Translations under genes and position numbers: made by a program
The notes under the pieces: generated by a model
Told to the model about the DNA's origin: nothing
Database searches by the model: none
The model's input: only the letters and a program-made list of their open reading frames with translations
Shown here: positions 19,193-29,183 of the stretch, one piece after another
How the letters are laid out: every line of letters begins with the position of its first letter
Position numbering within the stretch: position 1 is the first letter of the stretch
Origin: a candidate division FCPU426 bacterium
GTDB lineage: Bacteria; Oederibacteriota; Muellerivitia; Muellerivitales; Muellerivitaceae
NCBI GenBank assembly: GCA_963771075.1
Contig: CAVYSE010000017.1
Coordinates: 96,001 to 160,000 of the forward strand
Reading direction: 5' to 3'
DNA: 64,000 nucleotides

Positions 19193-20115
19193 TAGGTCGT
19201 CCGATGAAAAAAATAAAATGGGTCTCCCGATCCTGCCCGGTTTGCGGCTCTCGGGACTCATCCCGCATCTTTGCCGAACCCCGCTACAAACTGGAAAAGT
19301 TGGGAGCTTTTGCCTTCTCCTCTCGCAAAATCCCTGAATATATGCATTATCGGCTGGTGGAATGCCCCTCTTGCGATCTTCTGTACGCCACCCCCCTGCC
19401 CTCCCAGAAAGACCTGACCCGGGCCTATCACGAGGCGGCTTTTGACAGCTCCGAGGAAGCTCATTCCGCAGCCCGCACCTACGGCCGAATTTTGGAGAGA
19501 TTCTTGGAGGACTTACCGAAAAAAAGACGGACGCTGGATATTGGGACGGGGGACGGGGCTTTCTTGGAGGAACTTTTATCGAGAGGATTTAAGGAGGTTC
19601 GAGGCGTGGAACCTTCCCCGGCTTCCATCCAAGCCTGCCTTCCCCAGGTAGGGCCCTTGATCCAGCAGGGGCTTTTCGACCAGAAACGATATAAAAGGGA
19701 AAGTTTGAGCCTGGTGTCCTGTTTCCAAACCATAGAACACCTTTTTGATCCCCTTGCCATGGCCAAAGATGCCCAACGGATCTTAACCAAGGGAGGCGCA
19801 CTTTTTCTGGTCGGGCATAACCGCCGAGCCTTCTCGGCAAGAATTTTGGGGCGCAGGTCTCCCATCTTCGACATCGAGCATCTTCAGCTTTTTTCACCCC
19901 GAAGCCTGAGGGTGATGCTGGAACAAGCCGGCTATGAGAGGGTTCGGGTTTTCCCGATCACAAACGCCTATCCCATCCATTACTGGGTGAAACTACTTCC
20001 CTTCCCCGGTTCCATGAAACCTGCCCTCATCGGCTTCCTGAAGGCAATGGGAATCGGCCGTCTCGTGGTTCCCCTGCCGGCCGGCAACATGGCGGCGGTG
20101 GGATTTAAAAAATAA
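19189..20115 (+). CDS. SAM-dependent methyltransferase with N-terminal Cys (Zn-binding) motifs
   Basis: CPVCG...ECPSCDL, TLDIGTGDG, GVEPS, FQTIEHL.DP, HLQLFS; overlaps the stop of the upstream gene. Confidence 0.85.
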   Translation: MIGRPMKKIKWVSRSCPVCGSRDSSRIFAEPRYKLEKLGAFAFSSRKIPEYMHYRLVECPSCDLLYATPLPSQKDLTRAYHEAAFDSSEEAHSAARTYGRILERFLEDLPKKRRTLDIGTGDGAFLEELLSRGFKEVRGVEPSPASIQACLPQVGPLIQQGLFDQKRYKRESLSLVSCFQTIEHLFDPLAMAKDAQRILTKGGALFLVGHNRRAFSARILGRRSPIFDIEHLQLFSPRSLRVMLEQAGYERVRVFPITNAYPIHYWVKLLPFPGSMKPALIGFLKAMGIGRLVVPLPAGNMAAVGFKK

Positions 20116-20126
20116 CCGATCATTTC

Positions 20127-20957
20127 CTAATAGGATACGATGAGCCCGGTTTCCAGGGGAAACAGATTGACCGGGGAATCCGTATAAGCCACGTTCGCGA
20201 ACCGGGGAGATGTCATGGCCCATAGTCCCCTGCCCTGGACAAAAATCTCCATTCCGTTAAGAGCCTTAAAACTAAGACCCAGGCCTCCTTCCAAAAGGAA
20301 ATCCACCTCGCTACCGTTGATGGGCACCGTCACCGTTTGATAGGTAGTGTCCACCAAGGGGATCGTGCTTCGATCTTCGTTGTAGGTTAAACCCGGACCC
20401 AAAAGGACAAAAGGCGATAGGGGGCCGGTAAGAATCCGGTAACGCACAATTCCGGCTAAGCCGATCAACATATAATTATTATTGTTCGTCAAACCCGCAT
20501 TTTTATTGTTGAACTGGTCTAAGTTGAAATCAATCCAAAGGGATAAGGGGTCGGAAACCTTAAGACCCATTCCCAAGCCCAAATGGAACGCTGTGGAATA
20601 GGCTTCTTGCAAATGAGAGCTTAAAGGAATTCCCGCCCCTACGCTAATGAGGGAAAGCCAAACCCCCTGTTTGTACCGTAAATCCTCCGGCCGCACCGGT
20701 GTGGGGCTCGCGACCACCACCCAATCCTGAAGTTTGACCTTTTCACCGATGGTGGGGGTAAATGCTTTTTCCGGTTCATTCCGAACCTCGGAAAGTGATT
20801 CCCCTACACTTGCAGACCCCTGGGTTGGCAAAGAAGCGGATGGGGTCGCACCCAGGGGTTTGGGGGTAGGAGTGGGGCTGGATAATGTTTGGCCCCAAAC
20901 ACACCCCCAGGCCAATAGGCAGAAAAGGGAAACTGAAGCTACCAGTCGGGAGCTCAA
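20127..20957 (-). CDS. Exported protein, probable outer-membrane beta-barrel
   Basis: Signal peptide, Pro/Thr linker, alternating amphipathic strands (FHLGLGMGLKV, PFVLLGPGLTY, LEGGLGLSF), C-terminal aromatic residue (GLIVSY). Confidence 0.65.
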   Translation of the reverse strand: MSSRLVASVSLFCLLAWGCVWGQTLSSPTPTPKPLGATPSASLPTQGSASVGESLSEVRNEPEKAFTPTIGEKVKLQDWVVVASPTPVRPEDLRYKQGVWLSLISVGAGIPLSSHLQEAYSTAFHLGLGMGLKVSDPLSLWIDFNLDQFNNKNAGLTNNNNYMLIGLAGIVRYRILTGPLSPFVLLGPGLTYNEDRSTIPLVDTTYQTVTVPINGSEVDFLLEGGLGLSFKALNGMEIFVQGRGLWAMTSPRFANVAYTDSPVNLFPLETGLIVSY

Positions 20958-21271
20958 GTCTTTTCCACTCGGGAAACCAACCGAATTTGGCTTAATACGG
21001 CATCGACTGATTCACATTTCTCGAGGGCCCCAAAGTAGATTGACGCTTTTCCCTTTTCATGAACCCGCATGGTTAATTCGGCTGCCATTTGCAAGGGGTA
21101 TCCGGTCGCCTTTTGGATTTGAAGGATGACTTCATCAAAACCGTGAACATCATCGTTAAAAAGCACCACCTGCCAAGGATTATTCAATTTCGTTTCTTCG
21201 ATCGTTCTATTTGTTGTCTTTTCGATGGGCTTGTTTTTCATGTTCCGGGATTGATCCTTAACCCCTTTCAA
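20954..21271 (-). CDS. clpS: ATP-dependent Clp protease adaptor ClpS-like
   Basis: WQVVLFNDDVHGFDEVI..IQKA...A.ELTMRVHEKGKA. Confidence 0.8.
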   Translation of the reverse strand: MKGVKDQSRNMKNKPIEKTTNRTIEETKLNNPWQVVLFNDDVHGFDEVILQIQKATGYPLQMAAELTMRVHEKGKASIYFGALEKCESVDAVLSQIRLVSRVEKT

Positions 21272-22169
21272 TAAAAGCTTTGATTTTTCTTTTCAACGAT
21301 GCCTGGTCTAAGCCCACCCGTTGAAGCATATAATTCCTAGACCCGGTGATTCCCTCCGGCATCTCACAAACCCCCATGGCCTTGAAGTTGACCGCCTTTC
21401 CCAAGGAAGCGATTGTTTCAGCCACAAGGGAACTCAACCCGCCAGGAAGGTAATGCTCCTCGATGGAAATAACATTTTTGAATCCATGGATTAGCTTTTC
21501 CAGTGCCAGTGTGGGAGGTGGATTGATCGTCGCAACGATCCCGACGGTGGCGTTTCCCAATGTATTGGCCACTTCCGCCACATCGCACGCCATGCCGCCG
21601 GTGGAAAGCAATAGCACCTCCCGTCCGGACCCCACGATCTCCACGGAACCCATTGAAAAGCGACCGTTTAAACCCTCCACTTTCCTGTCCCCTCCCTTTC
21701 CAATCCGGAAATACAAGGGGCCGGGATGGTCGTAAGTGGCATAGAGGGCGTTTCGGGTTTGATCCGGGTCGGCTGGCGCGATCACCCCCAAACCCGGTTG
21801 AACGCGCATGATGGAAAAATCTTCCAGCGAATAGTGGGAGGTGCCCGAATGCCCGTAGGAAAAACCGCCGCCGATTCCAATGATCCGCACCGGCAATTTA
21901 TGCAACACGGGACCGTTTCGGATTTGTTCATAACCTCTCATGGAGGCAAAAGTTGCGATGGAATAAACATAAGGGATCCAACCATCCAGGGCCAATCCCG
22001 TTGCCAAATTCACCATGTTCGCCTCGGCAATCCCCACATTAAAGAATCGGTCCGGATAGGCGGCCGCGTATTTTTCCAACACCATGAAACCCAGGTCCCC
22101 CGTAAGGAGACATATGCGTTTGTCTTGCGCGGATATCCTTAACAAAGTTTCGACAAAGGCGGTTCTCAA
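21258..22169 (-). CDS. Transketolase, C-terminal (pyrimidine-binding) subunit
   Basis: LTGDLG, RFFNVGIAEANM, YSIATF, RGYEQIR, G.SHYSLED, IEEH. Confidence 0.9.
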   Translation of the reverse strand: MRTAFVETLLRISAQDKRICLLTGDLGFMVLEKYAAAYPDRFFNVGIAEANMVNLATGLALDGWIPYVYSIATFASMRGYEQIRNGPVLHKLPVRIIGIGGGFSYGHSGTSHYSLEDFSIMRVQPGLGVIAPADPDQTRNALYATYDHPGPLYFRIGKGGDRKVEGLNGRFSMGSVEIVGSGREVLLLSTGGMACDVAEVANTLGNATVGIVATINPPPTLALEKLIHGFKNVISIEEHYLPGGLSSLVAETIASLGKAVNFKAMGVCEMPEGITGSRNYMLQRVGLDQASLKRKIKAFIERG

Positions 22170-22942
22170 GGCTGATCCTCCAGCTCCCGGATCGCCTGAA
22201 GGGATTGCTCTTCATTAAGGGGATAATAATGCCATTCGAATTTGCCCTCCATGAAGGAAACACCTTTTCCCCCCACAGTCCGGGCTATCAAAACACGTGG
22301 CCGATCCCCGACTGGTGCGGAAAAGGCTTTTTCCAAGGCGCTTTGATCGTGGCCGTCCACCCTCTGGGTTTGCCATCCGAACGAACCCCATCGTTCCTCC
22401 AAGGGTTCTAGGTCCAGCACATCCCGGGTTTTCCCAAAGGCTTGAAGCCCATTGGCGTCTACGATCGCGGTTAGATTGGATAACCGATGATGGGCGGCGA
22501 ACATGACGGCTTCCCAAACCGACCCCTCATCGCACTCCCCGTCGCTCAAAAGGATAAAAACCCTTTTTTGTTGATTTCGCAATTTCGCCGAGAGCGCCAA
22601 TCCAGCTCCCACTGACAACCCATTTCCTAAGGAACCGGTGGTCAATTCAACACCCGGGATTCCGCGTTCGGGATGCACGCCAAGCCGGGAACCGTCCTGG
22701 CAATAGGTTTCAAGCTCCTCTCGCGTAATCAGGCCTTTCAAGTAAAGGGCCGCGTAAAGGGCCAAGCCCGCGTGGCCTTTGGAAAGGATGAATCGGTCGC
22801 GGAATGGTTCGGGCCCTTCCCGTAGGATCTTTTCGTACAAAACCGCCACCAAATCGCATACACAAAGGGCCGATGCGATATGGCCTACTTTCGCGATACG
22901 CGAAATTTCGATCACGATCTTGCGCAATTCCAACCCCGTCAT
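22166..22942 (-). CDS. Transketolase, N-terminal ThDP-binding subunit
   Basis: GHIASAL, DRFILSKGHA, TGSLGNG, LSDGECDEGSVWEA, VDGHD, GKGVSFME. Confidence 0.92.
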   Translation of the reverse strand: MTGLELRKIVIEISRIAKVGHIASALCVCDLVAVLYEKILREGPEPFRDRFILSKGHAGLALYAALYLKGLITREELETYCQDGSRLGVHPERGIPGVELTTGSLGNGLSVGAGLALSAKLRNQQKRVFILLSDGECDEGSVWEAVMFAAHHRLSNLTAIVDANGLQAFGKTRDVLDLEPLEERWGSFGWQTQRVDGHDQSALEKAFSAPVGDRPRVLIARTVGGKGVSFMEGKFEWHYYPLNEEQSLQAIRELEDQP

Positions 22943-22964
22943 GGGAACTCCTCTTTCCAGCGGA

Positions 22965-23804
22965 TCAGTCCAGTTTCATAGAATCGGTATAGGACAAAGA
23001 ATTGATGTTTTTGCCTAATTTATATATTTGATAGGTCGGCCCACCCTTGCATCCCATCACCAAAACGAGATAACGGAAACCTAACACGCGGATCACTTGC
23101 CTGGCAATCACGGGGCAGTCATCCTTGGGCTTGGGGTTTTTCAGTTTGGCCAGGAAAGACGAGTGGATTTTATCGACCGTGAAATCCATTCCGGACGGAT
23201 CCTCTTCGCTAGCCTGGGGTTGATCCTTGGCCGCCGTATTCGGCGGCACGGAAACAAACAACACCCATTCCAACACTTCAGCCGCAGTATCCCTGGAAAA
23301 CTTGGAGGTCACCTTTCTGAGCGGTTTGGTGTCAATTTTAAAATCGATCCCATATTCGCCATCAGCCCCGTCGTAATAGGCCTGATAGCCGGTCGGTTTC
23401 GTGACACCCAAAAACTTGATTTCATCCAAGGCCGGAGCGTAGCCGAAAGCCCATAATTTCTGACCAGGAGGAGGGAGCAGGTTTTGCCGGGCTGTGTTGT
23501 TTTTTAATTTCGGCGGGTGCTCCCGCATTAATTTGCTCAAGTCCTTTTCCTTTGGATGAAGATTGGGGATCAAGCCGATCTTTAAAAGGAATTTTTTGAT
23601 GTCGAGTTGGATAGCCGGGTCATACAAACCCTTTAATCGCTGAACGGGGGCTGTTTGAATCAATTGGCAATGACGAAACGCAAAAAAGGCAGGTTGGCTC
23701 AAAGTGTTTCCGGCAATTAAGGATCCGGCGGCGGACAAAATCCAAAACACCCCCAGTACCTGGAAGAACCAAAGGCGAATATAACGTTGGCTGGAGTGGG
23801 TCAA
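22965..23804 (-). CDS. Hypothetical protein, possibly exported
   Basis: 279-aa ORF filling the gap, co-oriented and 22 nt upstream of the transketolase; N-terminal hydrophobic stretch; no family recognised. Confidence 0.55.
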   Translation of the reverse strand: MTHSSQRYIRLWFFQVLGVFWILSAAGSLIAGNTLSQPAFFAFRHCQLIQTAPVQRLKGLYDPAIQLDIKKFLLKIGLIPNLHPKEKDLSKLMREHPPKLKNNTARQNLLPPPGQKLWAFGYAPALDEIKFLGVTKPTGYQAYYDGADGEYGIDFKIDTKPLRKVTSKFSRDTAAEVLEWVLFVSVPPNTAAKDQPQASEEDPSGMDFTVDKIHSSFLAKLKNPKPKDDCPVIARQVIRVLGFRYLVLVMGCKGGPTYQIYKLGKNINSLSYTDSMKLD

Positions 23805-24113
23805 TCTAACCTCTACGGGATCATTCTAACCTTATTTGGACGCGCTAAGGTTCCCAAGACTGTTCATAATTTTAAACAAAAGAGGCAAAGTAGGAAAACG
23901 ATGTTTTTCTGGAAGAAATTGCTCCGGGAGGCTTTATGGATTCCGTGATAAGGATGAATAACGTAAAACTTTTGCCTTCCGGACGAACCACTTTTCATCT
24001 TTATTAAAATGACGATTCACCAAATCAACCCAACGGATCAAGTCGCCTCGTTATAACTTGGTGGTTAAAAGCGTTTCAAAGCAAAGAATACAAAGTGTTT
24101 CCAATTACGATTT

Positions 24114-24854
24114 TTATATCTTCTTGGGATCGTTTTCTATTCGAGAGCAAACATAATACTGCGCCCCCAGGGGGAGCCAGCTCAACCAGCGATCCAAAGC
24201 GGAAAACACAGGACTCCTATACGGCGTGAAAATAAGATAACCCGTTTCCGTGAGACGGCAGACCGCTTTTCGGAAAAGCCGTCGGACTTTTCCCATTCCT
24301 AAGAGGACCGCGTCATCATCCAACTCGCAACGGTGAACCGCCACCTGGGTCAATGGATTGAGGGGGTTATGCTCGAACACGATCACTAACCCGCCTTTTT
24401 TGGTGACTCGGATCATCTCCTCCGCGAACCTGTCCCAACCTTCCGGAACCACATGGTGCATGACGCATATGGCGAAGGTCACATCCATGGAATGATCTTT
24501 GTAGGGGAGGGTTTTTCCAGCGTAATACCGGTAGGCGGCCTTGGGGTTCAGGGCCTCTGCCTTTTCCACCACGCCCCGGTCCACGTCAATCCCGTGGACC
24601 TTTTTGAAATGGCCCGTGAGATAGTAATCGGTAAGACCAACCCCGCAACCCACGTCTAGGATATTCAACTTGGAAGGATCCCCCAGGGAACGGCGGACCA
24701 ATTCCAAAAGTTTTTTCACCTTTGCCTCGGTGAAAAAGGCCAGGTCCTGTCCAATGAAGGCTATGGATTTTTGGATTTCCTGGCGGTAAGTCTCTTTGTA
24801 GTACCCGAAATTGACCCTTAAATCATAAGGCCTTTTTGATTTTTTCGATGGCAT
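24114..24854 (-). CDS. Class I SAM-dependent methyltransferase
   Basis: ILDVGCGVG, GIDV, CVMHHV, RVTKKGG.VIVFEHNPLNPLT, PLGAQY. Confidence 0.88.
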   Translation of the reverse strand: MPSKKSKRPYDLRVNFGYYKETYRQEIQKSIAFIGQDLAFFTEAKVKKLLELVRRSLGDPSKLNILDVGCGVGLTDYYLTGHFKKVHGIDVDRGVVEKAEALNPKAAYRYYAGKTLPYKDHSMDVTFAICVMHHVVPEGWDRFAEEMIRVTKKGGLVIVFEHNPLNPLTQVAVHRCELDDDAVLLGMGKVRRLFRKAVCRLTETGYLIFTPYRSPVFSALDRWLSWLPLGAQYYVCSRIENDPKKI

Positions 24855-24984
24855 TCATTTTTCTCATACTTTCAAAAGATGAACCGCCGGGTCCAAACGA
24901 CTATCCATGACAGTTTACTAGCCTGATATAAACGAAACACCGAATTAAAGGTGGAAATGAGCCCGGCTTACCCCCGAACGTTTC

Positions 24985-26031
24985 CTAATTCGACTGCTGG
25001 ACCGGAAGGTCATAGACGGAGATGGCGTTCTTTTCGGCAGCAATCAGTTTGCCATCGGTCGTCACGCATAATCCCACAACCGTGCGGTAGGCCAAGTCGG
25101 AATCGGGATTTTGCACCGCCAAATCGCCCAAATATTTCCCGTCGATCGCGGAATAGACCTGGATAAATTGGTCGTTATTGAAGCAAACGTAAAGACGACC
25201 TATGCCGTCCAATGCAAGCGCCACGGGCGCGGATCGGAGGTTGATACGCTGGATCACTTGACCCGAGGGGTCCATGATCTTCACCCGGTTGTTCCCCGAA
25301 TCGGCGATGTACAGGAAATTACGGGCGTCCGATATCCCCGCCATGGGATTGCTCCACTGGTTCTTGCCCTTGCCCGCCCCCGAGTAGATCTTGTCCGAGG
25401 ACCCATCCGGCCTCATGATGACTACCCGGTTGCTTCCGGTGTCGGAAATAATGAAATTATCACCCACGCATCCCAATCCGACCGGGTTGTAAAAATAGCC
25501 TGTGGGGGAAGCGTCCACTGTCGGGAGGGGCTTCCCTTCCGGGGTGAACCCATGAATTAGGATCTTACTCGAATTATCCAAAACATGAATGTTGCCCTTG
25601 GTATCGGAAGCGATCCCGCTCAAGCCATTGCGGGGGTCTTTGGGACCGACCTGGGGGCTGAAGGACCTCACGAGCTTTCCCTCTTCCGTGAATTCCAGGA
25701 TACGGTAGTTGGGGTTATCCGAAAGGGCGACTCGGTTCTGGGTAGTGGCGCAAATTCCCCAAGATTTGAAAGGCCCGCAAGAGAGCTTGTCACCCGAGAA
25801 ACGGTTCACCAGGTGGATATACAATTCTTTTTTTGCCGGATAAAAGTTAATTTTATCCTTTACCAAAAAGCCGATGACGGCCACTACCGCCAAAACACCC
25901 AGGATCAGCAGGCCGGAACTCGAAGAAGAGGACCCTTGAGTTGTGGAAGATACCGTCGAAGGGGTTTCCACCGGCATGACCGCGATGGGGGTTGCGGTTT
26001 TCGATTTTTTGACATTCTTTTTTGGAGCCAT
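24985..26031 (-). CDS. Membrane-anchored NHL-repeat protein
   Basis: Lys-rich N-terminus plus TM helix; ISDTGSNRV, LYIADSGNNRVKI, PVALALDG; paralog of 11884-12888. Confidence 0.82.
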   Translation of the reverse strand: MAPKKNVKKSKTATPIAVMPVETPSTVSSTTQGSSSSSSGLLILGVLAVVAVIGFLVKDKINFYPAKKELYIHLVNRFSGDKLSCGPFKSWGICATTQNRVALSDNPNYRILEFTEEGKLVRSFSPQVGPKDPRNGLSGIASDTKGNIHVLDNSSKILIHGFTPEGKPLPTVDASPTGYFYNPVGLGCVGDNFIISDTGSNRVVIMRPDGSSDKIYSGAGKGKNQWSNPMAGISDARNFLYIADSGNNRVKIMDPSGQVIQRINLRSAPVALALDGIGRLYVCFNNDQFIQVYSAIDGKYLGDLAVQNPDSDLAYRTVVGLCVTTDGKLIAAEKNAISVYDLPVQQSN

Positions 26032-26300
26032 AATTCACCTCGTGGACTTAATAAAAACGTTTTTTAAGAAGGATACGTTATAAAAGTTTTTCTGCTCTCT
26101 TTCAATGCTTAATCCGCGTAAGGGGGTCAAAAAAAGACGGATTAACCCGGTTTCTTGGGGTCTGATGGGGGTGAATGGCCTTTTCAGCTGGATTTTTTCA
26201 CCGGGCGCCGATCTCGAACAACCTTCCCGCGGGTCCAGTCGTTGCGAAGCCATGTCCCCCTTTATCCAACCGCCCGAGGAGATTTGCGACGAGGGAAAAT

Positions 26301-29126
26301 TTAGAGATTAAACGAATTCCAAATGGATTTTTCCGTTCCCTTGGGGGCGCTTTCCTGTCGAATGAGAATATCAGGAAGCTTCTGGGACTTTTGATAGCAA
26401 GTCACCACCTTCAACCGGTGGTCTCCGGCCTCCAGAGGGATTACTTTTCGGAGTTCCAGCGGGGAGGCAAGAACGTAGCCATCGGGGTATCGGTTAAACC
26501 GTGCAAAAAAAGCGTCCATCCATTCATGCCCATCGATCCAAATTTTGGTTCTCCCATCGGCCTTCAGGTTCACCTCATATTTTCCGCCCTTCTCCATATG
26601 GAACTTTCCCTCCACTTGGACCGCCTCGGTATCCATGTTGATGGGTGGAGCGGTGGCATCGGTCACGCTGACGGCTCGGTCCTGAATGTCCAGGATTCCA
26701 AATCCCAAGCCGGACTTGCCGGAAGCATAGCGGCGCTCCCAAAATGGCGCGGTGATGGGTTTGACCTCAAAGAGCGGCTCCTGCGGAACCGGGGGAAGGG
26801 GTTTGCCGGGTTGCGCCGCTCGTCCACTCGTGATCCGGGCGTATCTCTTTTGTGCTTTCGAGTAAAGTTCCGTCGCGTTGGAAATGTCCGTTACCGGAAT
26901 CTGGCACCGTAGGGCCAGGGCGATTTCTCCCGCGACCGGATCAGTCCCTTTTACGGGATTAAACTGGGCTGCGGGGGTTTCTTTTTGGATTCGATCCTTG
27001 GTCGCGGAATCCGCGGCCTCAAAATAAACCACCACATCGTGGCCTTTGGTTTCTTTCGGGTCTTGATACAAGAAATTGGTGGGATGAAGAACACAAGCCG
27101 GATGGCCTTCATAGAGGGCCCCCGCGACCGATCCTCCGACGCCATCGGTCAAAAAGACAAGATTTCCGTGGTCGATGTCCTGGCGGGCTTGCCGTTCCAC
27201 CGCGATATAGCGGTCCTGATATTTCAAAAACCATTGGCCATAAATATGTTGTATATCCACTCGGACCGTCCAGACCGCAAACCCCGCAAGGAAGAGGCAG
27301 AAGAGTTTTGTTTCCCATCGGTTCGGGGAATTTTGTGGCAAACGCGACCATAGCTCTTCCAATCCCATCGCCCCCAGAACCAGGAATGGGACCACACAAC
27401 CGATCAATCTTCCTGTGTGGGCCTGCTGGGTGAGGAAGTAGGGGGTGATCCCCGCCAGCGCCGTCAAAAGCAGGCCGATTCTTTCCCAGCTCAGCCTGGC
27501 TAAGATCACGGCCAAACCCAGGGCAATGAGGACTATTTCCGAATATCCAAAAAAGGAGTCTTTCGGGGCCAGCATGTCCAACCGGTCGGTTCCGTTAAAA
27601 AAGAGGGTTTGGAGGGCCAGCACGGCTTCCGAGTAGATCCGCGAGAAGTAACCCATCCATCCAATTCCCCCCGGAGTCACGATATAGGCCTGCACATTCT
27701 TCACGAGGGACTCATGGGTCATGACCGGAAAGGTGAGGATCACAGACATCCAGGACCCCGCGAGCCAGCCGGTCCAGGTTCCACTTTGCGACCAGTCGCG
27801 TGGTTTTCGAAGGATGTAAACGGCAAAAACCAGGTAGAGGGCGAGGAGAACCGCCGGGGGCCCACAGTAAACCCAATCGCAGAGATAAGTAAACAAATTG
27901 TTCGCCGGGAAAACGCCGATGGTATAAAGAAAGTAAAGTGTGAAGTAGGCGAGGGTGGTTAAGAGCAGGATTTTGGCGGAAAAATCGAGCCGCCGTTCCT
28001 TGCTATCTCGGGCCCAAACCCAGACCCATGACACGAACAGGAAAAATGGAATGAAAATCCTGTAGGGAGTGTAGGTGTAGGCGCCAAATGAAAGGGCCAA
28101 GCCCCATTGAACAAAACGAGCGGGAGTGGGTTTGCGCAGGAGGCGCACAAAAAACAACAGGGCGAGGGCCACCCCCAAGGACAGGCTTTGGAGGCTCAGT
28201 CCCTGAAGGGTTCTCATGATTAGGGGTTTGCTGACAGCTCCCAAAGCTGCGGCCCAGAGGCCCAACCGGCGATTCAGTAGTTCCTTACCGATGAGGTATA
28301 GGGCACAAATGGTCGCCAGGTCCACGGCGACCCCGGCTATCCTCTGGGTAACGAGTGAAGTCATCGAGGGAAAAAGTTTCCATAGAAAAACGCAAAGATA
28401 AGCGAAAAAGGGTTCCCGGTAGCCCAGGGGGAAAACAAAGGCATCCCCAAAATCGTTGAGGTCCGCAACCCTTCGCACATCCAGGATTTCGGTCGCTTGG
28501 ACTGACCCATAGGCCCCCATCGGTGAAAACCCTTGATAGAGGCAAAGATAAGCCCCCAATCCCAAAAAGAGGGTGAGCAAACCATAAGCCACAGGCGCCG
28601 AAAGATCGGTGCCAGACGATCTTTCCGGCAAGATCCTGAAACCAATGATCAATCCAACCCATAAAAACAACAAGACGGGGTAAGATTCCTTAAAGGGAAG
28701 CCGCAAGGCCAAGGGCATCATCCAGCTAAAACTGGGGAAACTGATCAGGAGGATTGAAAAACAGGCTATCAGCAAAAGAAAGAGGATGGCAGCTCCCCCG
28801 GTTAAACGGGACGTGTCGATGAAAATCTTTTGGAAACCGGGGATTCGGCGGATGGGAATGCGCCCCTGGCGATACAGCTGGATCATGAGGATCACGAGGG
28901 CGGTGGTCAGAAGAATCTTGGTGGAGGCATTGAGATCATGGCGGGTCAGGAGAAAGACCGCTCCCGCCAGGAGCGCCACGGGAAGCCCCAGTTCCCGAAA
29001 ATCGAAAGAGGGCTTTTTCGCGCCGGGCTGACCCGATGGGGAAAGAGGCCGGGAATCCGGAGGAAGACGATCCGGTCTTTCCCCTTTTGATGTTTTTTTC
29101 TTTTTAGGCGAAGGCATAGGGCTCAT
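26301..29126 (-). CDS. ArnT/PMT-like GT-C membrane protein with C-terminal PA14-like domain
   Basis: Many TM segments; LYLIGKELLNRRLGLWAA, GAYTYTPYR, HTGR; tail GGKYEV..ADGRTKIWIDG...LEAGDH; ends SIWNSFNL. Confidence 0.75.
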   Translation of the reverse strand: MSPMPSPKKKKTSKGERPDRLPPDSRPLSPSGQPGAKKPSFDFRELGLPVALLAGAVFLLTRHDLNASTKILLTTALVILMIQLYRQGRIPIRRIPGFQKIFIDTSRLTGGAAILFLLLIACFSILLISFPSFSWMMPLALRLPFKESYPVLLFLWVGLIIGFRILPERSSGTDLSAPVAYGLLTLFLGLGAYLCLYQGFSPMGAYGSVQATEILDVRRVADLNDFGDAFVFPLGYREPFFAYLCVFLWKLFPSMTSLVTQRIAGVAVDLATICALYLIGKELLNRRLGLWAAALGAVSKPLIMRTLQGLSLQSLSLGVALALLFFVRLLRKPTPARFVQWGLALSFGAYTYTPYRIFIPFFLFVSWVWVWARDSKERRLDFSAKILLLTTLAYFTLYFLYTIGVFPANNLFTYLCDWVYCGPPAVLLALYLVFAVYILRKPRDWSQSGTWTGWLAGSWMSVILTFPVMTHESLVKNVQAYIVTPGGIGWMGYFSRIYSEAVLALQTLFFNGTDRLDMLAPKDSFFGYSEIVLIALGLAVILARLSWERIGLLLTALAGITPYFLTQQAHTGRLIGCVVPFLVLGAMGLEELWSRLPQNSPNRWETKLFCLFLAGFAVWTVRVDIQHIYGQWFLKYQDRYIAVERQARQDIDHGNLVFLTDGVGGSVAGALYEGHPACVLHPTNFLYQDPKETKGHDVVVYFEAADSATKDRIQKETPAAQFNPVKGTDPVAGEIALALRCQIPVTDISNATELYSKAQKRYARITSGRAAQPGKPLPPVPQEPLFEVKPITAPFWERRYASGKSGLGFGILDIQDRAVSVTDATAPPINMDTEAVQVEGKFHMEKGGKYEVNLKADGRTKIWIDGHEWMDAFFARFNRYPDGYVLASPLELRKVIPLEAGDHRLKVVTCYQKSQKLPDILIRQESAPKGTEKSIWNSFNL

Positions 29127-29183
29127 AACCTCTTAAAAGTCTATGCTGAGTTCTCATCTCCCGGCATGTTAAAGTCAGGCCTT

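Noticed and set aside
26175..26912. 245-aa plus-strand ORF and similar long alternative-frame ORFs (e.g. 30392-31186, 34062-34769, 36066-36677, 38972-39622)
   Set aside because: They overlap well-supported genes, show no family motifs, and are expected in GC-rich coding DNA.
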